From positions 35,303-99,302 of the forward strand of contig SVQZ01000003.1 of the NCBI GenBank assembly GCA_015065105.1: 64,000 nucleotides of DNA. The letters are read 5' to 3'. The position numbers were made by a program, and so were the translations under genes. Shown in pieces: positions 1 to 8,913 of the stretch. The notes under the pieces are model-generated. The model saw only the letters and a program-made list of their open reading frames with translations. It did no database searches and was not told where the DNA came from. The stretch comes from Oscillospiraceae bacterium (GTDB lineage Bacteria > Bacillota > Clostridia > Oscillospirales > CAG-272). Within the stretch, counting starts at the first letter, position 1, and the number at the start of each line of letters is the position of its first letter.

Positions 1-219
1 ATTGCACCTTTGGGAATAATTATGGCTTTTCTTGCAAAGATGCAGCTGAAAAAGGCTCAGGAGGCTAATGAGGAGGACAAGTATTTTTCAATTACAAAGG
101 CCCTCTATCTTGCAGGTCTGATAACCGGAATTGCATATTGTGTTATATACTTGGTTTTTATTATAATTTATGTTTTGTTTATCGTATTTGTTATAGGTAT
201 GTCGTTTATGCAGATTTAA
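1..219 (+). CDS. 3' end of a hypothetical membrane protein gene entering from the left edge
   Basis: The frame is open from base 1 (IAP precedes the TTG used by the ORF track). The C-terminal ~40 aa form one long hydrophobic run (LYLAGLITGIAYCVIYLVFIIIYVLFIVFVIGM). Stop at 217-219. Confidence 0.4.
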   Translation: MAPLGIIMAFLAKMQLKKAQEANEEDKYFSITKALYLAGLITGIAYCVIYLVFIIIYVLFIVFVIGMSFMQI

Positions 220-249
220 TATCGTATTTTAATTTAATATCGTATTTTA
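214..249. repeat. 18-bp perfect tandem duplication (ATTTAATATCGTATTTTA x2) spanning the stop codon of the upstream ORF
   Basis: Read directly: 214-231 and 232-249 are identical. Confidence 0.8.
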
Positions 250-344
250 AAAAGATAACGAGGATTTACTAAACAATACCTTTATTTTAACGCTTCAGCT
301 TCGTATCCTACCTGCAATAATATTTGACTGAAAGGAAATTAACA

Positions 345-3300
345 ATGAAAAAATCGACAAGGTTGATTTCTGTCTTACTCTGTTTAGCACTTTTAGTACC
401 CGTAAACGTTTTCGGATATGCCGCAAGCGTTGTTCAGAATCCCGCCGTGAATATGCCGAGATCAACACCTGTAATAGACGGTATGATAGAGGATAACGGC
501 AATTGGTCCGAGCCTGCATATTTCAATGATGCAACCATCGGACGCTTCTGGGGATGGAATCCGCCCACCACAACGGCAGAGTTATATTTTGCTTACGATA
601 CAAGCGGAATCTATTTCGCGGCAGATATAACCGACAACGATCCTTCTAACGGTTTCGTTGTATCAAGCGGTTATGATAATATCAACCCGAGCGGTAATAC
701 AAAGCCCTATGGCTTTAACGGCGATACCATGACCCTTATGCTTGATGCCTTGGGTGTGTTTGAAAGAACGACCACCCAGACCACTCCCTGGTATAACGTG
801 AGTATATACGGAGACAATTCGGTTCACGTTTACCGTTCTCAGGTGAACGAAGGGGATATTACCTCCTCCTGTACCGCAAGCGGTATGATAAGTGATACAG
901 GCTGGCGCTTTGAGGTAAAGATCCCCTGGTCAGTGATATCTGCAGACGTTACAAAGGCGGGCAAAACCGCTTCTGTTACTAACCTTTCCAAAATTGATTC
1001 CGTTTCCCGCGCGGCTGTAATGTATATGGACAGATATAAGACCGCGAACGGTACGACCGATACGTGGGGCAGATTTATCACGGTATGCGAAAGCACTTAT
1101 GACGGAACGAACGGCTGTTATACCAACGGTGTCGTAGCAAAGGCATACGGTTTGGTTTTAAATCACGCAGACGTTCCTCACAGATGGGGAGAATGGCAGA
1201 CGACCGTTGACGCTGACTGCCTGAGTGACGGTATCAGCATTCGCTGCTGTTCGCATTGCTCCGAAACCCAGACAAAAGCCATACCTGCCCTCGGACACAG
1301 CGCAGGTGAAGCAGTAATTATCGAATCCACCTGTGTTTCCAACGGCTCTCTCACTACGTACTGTACAAGATGTAATGCCATACTTGCTCAAGAGATCTAT
1401 GAAACGAGCGGTCATAAAATGGGTGATTGGCATACGGTTACCGTTGCTACAGACACAGAAAACGGTCTTATGAGAAAGGAATGTGAATATTGCGGCTACT
1501 ATGAAGAAAAGGTCGTTCCCGCGCTTGCGGTGCCCTACGTTTATGCCGAAGGCGGTTATGACGTATTCATTACCTTAGCCGATAATATTTCAGCTATCCG
1601 TTATGCAGGCGGTGTATATACAAGCGGTTCTGATATCAAGGCTGCTCCCGACTGTGTTACTCTCAATTCCACCATTATCAAAAACAGTACCTCCAACGGT
1701 ATCTTCTCAAGGAAAATGGCAGACGGCGGGATATATACCTTCTGGATGAAAACAAATGACGGTAAGGAGTTTATCTCAACCGTAGATATTTCGGTAATGA
1801 CCCCTTTCGTTACATCAAACGGCGTTACCGTGACAGTTCATAACCTTTACGGTGTAAAGGATTTCTTTATCGCAGAGGGTGATTACAAGACCTATACCGA
1901 AATTAATCAGAATAAGATAGTCCGCGTTACCGAAACAAAGATCGCAGGCTCCCATGATTATTCATATATCGTAACGAATCCCGGCATACATACCGTATGT
2001 ATAAGATTCAACGATAGCGCAAGAGCAAATATGATCGTGCAGTTAGATCTTACCGTAACAGAGCCCGAATTTACAAATTTCGGTTTGCAGATATACTTGT
2101 CTGAGCTCGATGACGTAAAGGTAGTAAGAACAGCTTACGGTGATTATAATACTCCCGGTGAGATAAAGCGTGCCCCGGGACAGCGTTCCTTCTCGGGTAA
2201 ATCCGATCTTAAGGGTAAGAGCGAATACATGATACAGTACCGCGAAAACGGAAGGGTATCTATAGGTATTCAGTATAATAACGGTTACGTTGTAATGTAT
2301 AAATACGACGTTGCAAAGAAAGAGCCGGTATTCTATCAGCTTAAAAATACCGTTACCATAGGCAATCTCAACGATCTGCAGGTCATAAGATATGCACCGG
2401 GAAGCTATACGACCTCATCCGAGATCAAAAATGCTTCCGACTGCATTACAATAAAAAATACAGATATAACAGACGGTATTTATAAGGTTACCCTTGCTCC
2501 AGGAACATACACCTTCTGCGTTCAGTATAAGGATGAAAGCTATAACTATTACACCGTAACAGTGGACGAATATACCGCAGAAACAGTGGATATTGCAGAT
2601 ACACGTCAGCTTATGGTTGACGATTATGTGATCGATACGGAATACAGCAGCGTTTCTCTCATGCTCGAAAAGGCAGTGAAGAGGGAAGTGGTGTTCACCT
2701 TTAACAAGAGCTATGAAAACGGCGGTATTGTTTTCCCGAATATCGTTGAGATGCCCGAGGGCGGCTACAGAATGTATTATACCGCATTTTCGGGAAGAAG
2801 GCGTGTTTGTTATATCGAAAGCAAGGACGGTATTACCTGGACAAGACCTAATCTCAGATCGAATACCTTTAACGGCGATTCTTATACCAACATTGTTACA
2901 AGCGAGGTTGTAAGTCCCTCGGCACTTTACGTTTTCTATGATGAAAATGCGAAGGCTTTGCGCGGTGTTTACGGTCAGTGGGCGGACGGTATGTTCCTTG
3001 AATATACCTATAATAACGGTGACTACTTTGAATTCTGGCCTAATGAGGCAAAAATGATGGGTAAGCCTGAAGAGACGGGCGGTTGTTATTTCGATACCCT
3101 TAATACCGTATATTATGACGAGGTCAAGGGTAAGTATATCGCATACGTGCGCGGCTTCCACGTTGGTGATAACTATAATCTTACACGCGAATACGTTGAG
3201 GCAAATCCCGACAAGATAATCCGTGATATAAGATATGCCGAAAGTGATGACTGTATCAATTGGACGACCCCCACACCCCTTATATATGACGATAACAGCG

Positions 3301-3893
3301 ATCTTCAGATGTATGCAAATGCCGTAATTCCTTATTACCGCGCTCCCGAGACCTATATAGGTATGCCCACACATTTTGTATATGACGTTCCGAATAACGA
3401 AAAATGGACGGACGTTTACTTTATGTCAAGCCGTGACGGTCTTAATTGGAACAGAAGCGATTCGCCCTTCCTTGCTCCCTCTGAGGGTGAGATGTATGAA
3501 TATCCCAACGGCGGATATCCTACAGTAGGTCTTATAGAGACCTCGGAAAAGGAAATATCCTTCTTTATGGATGAATACGATGCTTCAAAGAAATGCGACG
3601 TTCTTTGCAGATATACGGTTCGTATTGACGGATTTATGTCAGCACAGGGCGAGACCCTCGTAACCAAGCCTATTACCTTCGAGGGTAACAGTCTTGAGAT
3701 AAACTATCAGGGTCAGATGAACGTTACGATTTCTGATATGCAGGGAAACAGCCTCTCTACAGGTTACTTTACAGGTGATGAGATAACTAAGGTACTTGAC
3801 CTTGATCTTACAACCTTCAGGGGTAAGGCGGTAACTCTTACCTTTGAAATGAAGAACGGGGCAAAGCTTTATTCCTTTAAGTTTAATAAATAA
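345..3893 (+). CDS. Large secreted multidomain protein: signal peptide, CBM9/DOMON-like domain, three 4-Cys repeats, four-module 'AYGEY' cassette, C-terminal beta-propeller-like domain with Asp-box motifs
   Basis: ORF 324-3893; preferred start is ATG 345 (MKKSTRLISVLLCLALLVPVNVFGYA, AAAGGA upstream). The N-terminal domain shows IDG..W, LYFAYD and ITDND motifs. 4-Cys repeats (H.WGEW...C...G....C..C) lie at ~1179-1527. The cassette at ~1530-2570 is collinear with 41830-42863. The C-terminus carries SKDGITW, SDDCINW and SRDGLNW (SxDxGxxW-like) motifs. Confidence 0.85.
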   Translation: MKKSTRLISVLLCLALLVPVNVFGYAASVVQNPAVNMPRSTPVIDGMIEDNGNWSEPAYFNDATIGRFWGWNPPTTTAELYFAYDTSGIYFAADITDNDPSNGFVVSSGYDNINPSGNTKPYGFNGDTMTLMLDALGVFERTTTQTTPWYNVSIYGDNSVHVYRSQVNEGDITSSCTASGMISDTGWRFEVKIPWSVISADVTKAGKTASVTNLSKIDSVSRAAVMYMDRYKTANGTTDTWGRFITVCESTYDGTNGCYTNGVVAKAYGLVLNHADVPHRWGEWQTTVDADCLSDGISIRCCSHCSETQTKAIPALGHSAGEAVIIESTCVSNGSLTTYCTRCNAILAQEIYETSGHKMGDWHTVTVATDTENGLMRKECEYCGYYEEKVVPALAVPYVYAEGGYDVFITLADNISAIRYAGGVYTSGSDIKAAPDCVTLNSTIIKNSTSNGIFSRKMADGGIYTFWMKTNDGKEFISTVDISVMTPFVTSNGVTVTVHNLYGVKDFFIAEGDYKTYTEINQNKIVRVTETKIAGSHDYSYIVTNPGIHTVCIRFNDSARANMIVQLDLTVTEPEFTNFGLQIYLSELDDVKVVRTAYGDYNTPGEIKRAPGQRSFSGKSDLKGKSEYMIQYRENGRVSIGIQYNNGYVVMYKYDVAKKEPVFYQLKNTVTIGNLNDLQVIRYAPGSYTTSSEIKNASDCITIKNTDITDGIYKVTLAPGTYTFCVQYKDESYNYYTVTVDEYTAETVDIADTRQLMVDDYVIDTEYSSVSLMLEKAVKREVVFTFNKSYENGGIVFPNIVEMPEGGYRMYYTAFSGRRRVCYIESKDGITWTRPNLRSNTFNGDSYTNIVTSEVVSPSALYVFYDENAKALRGVYGQWADGMFLEYTYNNGDYFEFWPNEAKMMGKPEETGGCYFDTLNTVYYDEVKGKYIAYVRGFHVGDNYNLTREYVEANPDKIIRDIRYAESDDCINWTTPTPLIYDDNSDLQMYANAVIPYYRAPETYIGMPTHFVYDVPNNEKWTDVYFMSSRDGLNWNRSDSPFLAPSEGEMYEYPNGGYPTVGLIETSEKEISFFMDEYDASKKCDVLCRYTVRIDGFMSAQGETLVTKPITFEGNSLEINYQGQMNVTISDMQGNSLSTGYFTGDEITKVLDLDLTTFRGKAVTLTFEMKNGAKLYSFKFNK

Positions 3894-3971
3894 GAGATAA
3901 CATCGAACTTTGCTCCTTTTGTTGCTGCAAACAACACAAACGAAATAGAGAATTTTTCCATACGTTAGAAT

Positions 3972-4000
3972 AAGAGTGCCTGCGGGCACTCTTATTTTTG
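3972..4000. terminator. Bidirectional rho-independent terminator between convergent genes
   Basis: AAGAGTGCC-TGCG-GGCACTCTT stem-loop followed by ATTTTTG. The A-rich left flank would serve the minus-strand gene. Confidence 0.75.
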
Positions 4001-4015
4001 CGTTTGTTATTTGTG

Positions 4016-4804
4016 TTATTGTTCCTTTGCGATACGTACTATATCTCCTACACCCTGAAGCACAACGGTAGGCTTGTAGCCGTAAACCTTTATGTTTTCG
4101 GTGGTAGAAACACCGGTTAAAACCAATACCGTTGAAAGACCGCGTTCAAGTCCTGATATTATGTCGGTATCCATTCTGTCTCCAACCATAACAGCCTCTG
4201 CCGAATGGCATCCCAAAAGCTTAAGGCCTGTATGCATCATCAGAGGATTTGGCTTGCCGCAGAAGTAAGCCTGTCTGCCCGTTGCCATCTCAATGGGAGC
4301 AACCAAAGCTCTGCAGGCGGGGGTGAAGCCGTTTTCAATAGGTGCCGAAACGTCGGAATTACAGCCAATAAGCTTTGCACCGTTAAGTACAAGATTTGTA
4401 GCCTTGGTAAGAGTATCAAGTGAATATGCCTTGCCTTCGCCCACAACAACGTAATCGGGATTTACGTCATTCATTGTGATGCCTGCGTTGTAAAGCGCAT
4501 TGAAAAGCCCCGCCTCTCCTATGGCATATACGGAACATCCGGGGGACTGCTCCTTCAAGAATGCCGCAGTAGCAAGCGCACTTGTATAGAAATGCTCTTC
4601 GGAAACGTCAAGACCGAGCCGTGCTAATTTTTGCTGAAGCTCTTTTGGAGTGGAATTACTGTTGTTGGTTAAAAACAAAAAGTCTTTGCCGGTTTCATTG
4701 AGCCAGTTGATAAAGTCTGCAGCACCGGGTAATATCTTGTTGCCATGATATATTACACCGTCCATATCGCATATAAAGCCTTTTTTACTGTTAAAATCAA
4801 TCAT
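4016..4804 (-). CDS. HAD-superfamily subfamily IIA sugar phosphatase (NagD-like)
   Basis: 262-aa ORF with N-terminal DMDGV (DxDGT/V catalytic motif), LTNNS motif II and C-terminal GDRMDTDI motif IV. Overall collinear with NagD-type phosphatases from memory. Confidence 0.8.
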   Translation of the reverse strand: MIDFNSKKGFICDMDGVIYHGNKILPGAADFINWLNETGKDFLFLTNNSNSTPKELQQKLARLGLDVSEEHFYTSALATAAFLKEQSPGCSVYAIGEAGLFNALYNAGITMNDVNPDYVVVGEGKAYSLDTLTKATNLVLNGAKLIGCNSDVSAPIENGFTPACRALVAPIEMATGRQAYFCGKPNPLMMHTGLKLLGCHSAEAVMVGDRMDTDIISGLERGLSTVLVLTGVSTTENIKVYGYKPTVVLQGVGDIVRIAKEQ

Positions 4805-4890
4805 TTCATTTCACCTCTTGAGGATATTATATCTTCTTTTGGTGAAAAATGCAATAGGGTATTAATTATTATTTATTGGGGTAAGAAAGA

Positions 4891-6162
4891 TTATTGCAAA
4901 ATATAATCACTAATACAGTCATACCAATGGACAAACTTTTCGTCATTTACAGAATAGTTTTCATTATTGGGTAGCATTTCCGACCATAGCTTTCCGTAAT
5001 GCTTATTTGCCCAATCGTTTTTGTTGAATCTACGCCATAACACAGTTCTGCCGTTTTTATCTATATAGTGTTCGGTCAGAACTCCTGAAATGAAGTATTC
5101 AATCAAACATATTGTGTCATAAGCTTTATTCTCAAATTCAATATTGTAACGTCCAACCGCATCCCTTATATTTTTTGAGGATGAAATGCTGATACTGTTT
5201 CCGGTACGTTTTATTATACCTTGTGAGGTTATATTGGTCTCGTATCCGCAGTTATCGTCACCATAGCTCCAATCTGTATCGAAAGCATCACCGTCAAGAA
5301 ATGTTGTAATTCTTTTTACTCCGTTTTTGTCGGTATAACATTCTCCGAGCCAGCGACAGTATTTGTCGGCGAGCTGTGCGTAGTAAATAGTTTGTGCGGG
5401 GGTCATACCATCGTCATTGATAGAATTAAATTCAGTCAGTATTTCCACACCTTCTATTCCGTGAATGTAGGCGGTTGATGTGACCTTTGAAGAAACCGTT
5501 TCGGCTAATTTCCTATCCGATATATAATAGGTCGCCCATTCGATTTTTTCTCCGTTTTTGGGGATGATAAACCAATTTGGCAATTCTTCAAACTTTATCG
5601 AAATCATTGGCTTATCGGTAGGTGTTATGGTATATTCGGGTAATTTATGCGGGAATTGTGTCATAACCTTTTCTCCTTTCATAGTAGCATGATGAGGATA
5701 ATTTCTTTTGAATTTTTCTCGCGCATAGTACAAGCGGCTTTTAACGGTGCCCAAGGGTATAGATAAAAGCCTCGAAATTTCATTTTGCGAAAGTCGTTCA
5801 TTGTAATAAAGGTCAAGTATTTGTTTTTCTTTAACCCCCATAGAGTCTAAGGTGTCGCAAACCATACTTTCGGTTATATCCACAGAGCTTGTCCCCAATG
5901 CTTTTTCCGAAAGAGAATCAAGAGGGATATGTGCATCTTTACTCTTTTTGCGGTAATAGTCATTTACCTTATGCTTTGATATACCTATAAGCCAGGGCTT
6001 AAAGGAATCAATATTATTTAAGGTTTTGAATTTCATAGTAGCAGTGAGACATATATCCTGTATTAAATCCTCCCGATCATGAGTGTTGTTCACTCTGAAA
6101 TTAACGTAACGCTGAAGATAAACGAAATTTTCTTGCAGCAGCTTTTCAAATTCACTTTGCAT
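4891..6162 (-). CDS. ECF-type sigma-70 factor with a ~260-aa C-terminal extension of unknown function
   Basis: AAGGAGGTGA RBS. Region 2 (DREDLIQDICLTATMKF...WLIGISKHKVNDYYRK) and region 4 HTH (LSQNEISRLLSIPLGTVKSRLYYAREKF) occupy the first ~160 aa. The remaining ~260 aa have no long hydrophobic segment. Confidence 0.8.
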   Translation of the reverse strand: MQSEFEKLLQENFVYLQRYVNFRVNNTHDREDLIQDICLTATMKFKTLNNIDSFKPWLIGISKHKVNDYYRKKSKDAHIPLDSLSEKALGTSSVDITESMVCDTLDSMGVKEKQILDLYYNERLSQNEISRLLSIPLGTVKSRLYYAREKFKRNYPHHATMKGEKVMTQFPHKLPEYTITPTDKPMISIKFEELPNWFIIPKNGEKIEWATYYISDRKLAETVSSKVTSTAYIHGIEGVEILTEFNSINDDGMTPAQTIYYAQLADKYCRWLGECYTDKNGVKRITTFLDGDAFDTDWSYGDDNCGYETNITSQGIIKRTGNSISISSSKNIRDAVGRYNIEFENKAYDTICLIEYFISGVLTEHYIDKNGRTVLWRRFNKNDWANKHYGKLWSEMLPNNENYSVNDEKFVHWYDCISDYILQ

Positions 6163-6232
6163 ATCCTCACCTCCTTACAGATAGCTTTGAAAACGTTTTC
6201 GTATAAATAGTCGAATGATAGGAGCAAAAGGT

Positions 6233-7300
6233 TCAATTATCGCTCTTTTCTTTTAGTATATTTTTTATTTTTAAAAATCCGGGCTCATCAATGATACTCT
6301 CAAAACAATTTAAACGGTCATTTAGATATCCGTAAAATGTTGTATAAATACTTCGAGTATCTTTTTTTCGGATGTCCTTTATATCCGAGGACAGGGTGTT
6401 TACCAAAAGGGAAGAATGCTTTATATTATCAAATTCTGACATTTTGTCAAAATGATAAAGCATTTTCTCCAGCTCCTCAACAGCCTGATCCTTTTCTTCC
6501 ATAACGGCGCTGTCCTGCGCCATACGAAAGCACAGCCTTCCCATACGGTCATGATCCATATAATCAAAATCGGAATCCTCATGTATTATATGGAAAATAT
6601 CATACAGCTTTTTGCATATGATATGTTTTTGACGGGGAGTATAATGACCGTTGTCAAGGTATGCCAAGCTGTTCGCATATAGAAACATATTATTGCATAT
6701 TTCTTTAAAGTATTTCTGACAATGAAGGATCATTTCTTTGCCGTCTAAAATATGAATAAAAAGATCTTTGTTTGAGGGTATCATTCCTGCATATCTTAAT
6801 GCTTCACTGTGGTTATTGTTTTCTTCATGGGTCAAGCACATCCATCTGATCGCATGATAACGCTTGTCAGGGTCGTTGCTTGATATCAATCTTTCTCCAA
6901 GGTCAACAATTTCATTATAACATTCATTTTCCCGTGTTATCTTTAAGACCCTCATGAGCTGATACATCACAGTCTCATCATTAGGGTATTTTTTTATCAT
7001 AGACCTGCAAAGCTCTAACCTTTCTTCATTTTTACCCTGATTATACAAAGCGTCGCATTCTTTTTCGAAATCATTGATTTCCTTTGCACGTTTGCTTTTG
7101 GCAATATCAATTTCAAGCAGTATGTCTGCGCTTACCTCAAATATATTTGCTAAAGTCGGTAGTTGTGAAATATCGGGGGCGGTACGGTTGCACTCCCATT
7201 GGGAAATCGTACTCGCAGAGACACAAAGCATATCCGCAAGCTGCTCCTGTGTATAATGTTTCTCGTGTCTTAAATTCCTTATTACTGTTCCGATCGACAT
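6233..7300 (-). CDS. XRE-family HTH regulator with helical-repeat (TPR-like) C-terminal domain, paralog 1
   Basis: GGAGG RBS. N-terminal HTH (TQEQLADMLCVSASTISQWECNRTAPDISQLPTLANIFEVSADILL). The C-terminal ~280 aa are rich in helical repeat-like sequence. Confidence 0.8.
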   Translation of the reverse strand: MSIGTVIRNLRHEKHYTQEQLADMLCVSASTISQWECNRTAPDISQLPTLANIFEVSADILLEIDIAKSKRAKEINDFEKECDALYNQGKNEERLELCRSMIKKYPNDETVMYQLMRVLKITRENECYNEIVDLGERLISSNDPDKRYHAIRWMCLTHEENNNHSEALRYAGMIPSNKDLFIHILDGKEMILHCQKYFKEICNNMFLYANSLAYLDNGHYTPRQKHIICKKLYDIFHIIHEDSDFDYMDHDRMGRLCFRMAQDSAVMEEKDQAVEELEKMLYHFDKMSEFDNIKHSSLLVNTLSSDIKDIRKKDTRSIYTTFYGYLNDRLNCFESIIDEPGFLKIKNILKEKSDN

Positions 7301-7417
7301 GGTAGCCTCCGTTTTTTGATTTTCAAAAGCACTTTTGTGATTATATTATACCTTGGATATATCAATTTTGCCATATAATATTTTGATATTTTAATATAAG
7401 CGGTGCTTATTATTAAA

Positions 7418-7618
7418 CTACGGCGGTGAATAGGCTTTGAATAGCAAATTGCAGTTTGTAACCTTATAGGGAAGTCCGTTAATATTTCCCGATACCATAA
7501 CAGAGTTCTTGTTTTGATAGAACCTGACGTCACCGAACAACTGCGGTGCCTCCTTGCCGCCGCGTATCAAAGCAATCGCATGAGGATATGTACCCCGTCT
7601 TTTCATAGTTATCACCAC
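7418..7618 (-). pseudogene. Possible N-terminal remnant of a Cu/Zn-superoxide-dismutase-like gene
   Basis: The 66-aa ORF contains AIALIRGGKEAPQLFGDVRFYQNKNSVMVSGNINGLP. This resembles the first beta-strands of clostridial SodC-like proteins from memory. The metal-binding FHIHE region is absent and the ORF stops early. Confidence 0.3.
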
Positions 7619-7699
7619 TATACAGTATATGTAAGGCTATGCTTTTAGCAATAACAGTAAAATCACTGTATTGGTGAAAAAAACTCTCTGAACGTGATA

Positions 7700-7728
7700 T
7701 TGTAATTTTGATTTTAACATGATAAAAT
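7700..7728 (+). promoter_or_regulatory. Sigma-A-type promoter candidate for the 7798 regulator gene
   Basis: TTGTAA (7700-7705), 17-nt spacer, TAAAAT (7723-7728), with TG at 7720-7721 one base upstream (extended -10). Confidence 0.4.
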
Positions 7729-7797
7729 ATATTCAGAAAGAAGCGCTGCTTTCAATATAGGGTTTGAATGCTCACCCTAAAATGAGAGGAGTTTTTT

Positions 7798-8883
7798 ATG
7801 AAACTGAATATTGGTGAGAATATAAAAAGAATGAGAAGGGAAAGGGAAATAACCCAAGAGGAATTTGCTGAGATACTGGGTGTCTCATGTCAGTCTGTTT
7901 CCCGTTGGGAAAAGGGGATATGCTATCCCGATATAGAGCTGATCCCCACTATTGCTGCATTTTTCGGTATATCGGCGGATAAGCTGATGGGAATAGACGA
8001 ATCCGCCGAAAAAAGTGCAGTTGACAGATATTTAAGTGATTTCCGGGCGGCTGTATCTATGGGTAATATTGATGAATGCATTCGTATTGCCCGAATGGGA
8101 GTCGCAGAGTTTCCGAATAATTACACGCTATTAAACAAGCTGATGTATGCTCTCTTTTTATCGGGAAGTGATGATGCCGATATCCCGGATTGGGAAGAGA
8201 ATAAGAAAAAATACGATGCGGAGATAATTGCTATCGGTGAGCGTATTATTAAATATTGCAATGATACCGAAACCAAATACGAGGCAACCGAGCGTCTTGC
8301 CTTTCATCATTGTGAAATGGGCAGAAGGGATATGGGACGAAGTATCTATGAAACACTTCCTTCAATAACGTATTGTAGAGAAAGCGGGATATGGTGGGCT
8401 CTGTCCGAGGAGGAAAAGCTGTCCCATACAAGGATGTATATTCATAGAGCATATTATATCTTATTTGATGCGATATACAGATTGAAGGGGTTGCTTCCAT
8501 TTGAGGATTCTGTCAGGGTTATCGATAAATTAAAGGCTCTTGATGAGCTTATATATGACGGCAAGGGTGCTAACCTTACATGGAGTGCGGCAAGACTGCC
8601 CTTTTACCGTGCAACTTACCTTATAAAATCAAATCGCTTTGATGAAGCGATAGAGGAGTTGAAAGTATCTGCCGAAATGGCGATAGCCTTTGATAACCGA
8701 CCCGATGAAATAAAGGTGTCATCTCTTCTGCTCGGAGAAAGTACACGAAGCAAAAACGACTTTGAAACTGCGGATTCAAGGCCCTTGTGTGAAATTTTAA
8801 GAGATTCATGGTTGAGTGATAAAAGCTTTGATCCGATAAGAAATAGGAAAGAATTTAAAGAGATTGTGGAAAGATTAGCATAA
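7798..8883 (+). CDS. XRE-family HTH regulator with helical-repeat C-terminal domain, paralog 2
   Basis: GAGGAG RBS. HTH is ITQEEFAEILGVSCQSVSRWEKGICYPDIELIPTIAAFFGISADKLMG. Confidence 0.85.
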   Translation: MKLNIGENIKRMRREREITQEEFAEILGVSCQSVSRWEKGICYPDIELIPTIAAFFGISADKLMGIDESAEKSAVDRYLSDFRAAVSMGNIDECIRIARMGVAEFPNNYTLLNKLMYALFLSGSDDADIPDWEENKKKYDAEIIAIGERIIKYCNDTETKYEATERLAFHHCEMGRRDMGRSIYETLPSITYCRESGIWWALSEEEKLSHTRMYIHRAYYILFDAIYRLKGLLPFEDSVRVIDKLKALDELIYDGKGANLTWSAARLPFYRATYLIKSNRFDEAIEELKVSAEMAIAFDNRPDEIKVSSLLLGESTRSKNDFETADSRPLCEILRDSWLSDKSFDPIRNRKEFKEIVERLA

Positions 8884-8913
8884 AATATGCCCCGCAACTG
8901 CGGGGCATATTTT
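8882..8913. terminator. Perfect 14-bp-stem palindromic bidirectional terminator that overlaps both convergent stop codons
   Basis: AAAATATGCCCCGC-AACT-GCGGGGCATATTTT. Two bases of the plus-gene TAA (8881-8883) lie in the left arm, and two bases of the minus-gene stop (8912-8914) lie in the right arm. Confidence 0.8.

Noticed and set aside
2415-3374. Long antisense ORFs inside the big surface-protein and housekeeping genes (for example 2415-3374, 26767-27468, 33715-34320, 36623-37357, 39006-40340, 48148-48840, 53187-53633, 62361-63206).
   Set aside because: Each lies entirely opposite a gene with strong motif support. None has an RBS. Their products are Cys/Ile/Arg-rich low-complexity sequence, typical of the reverse frame of coding DNA.
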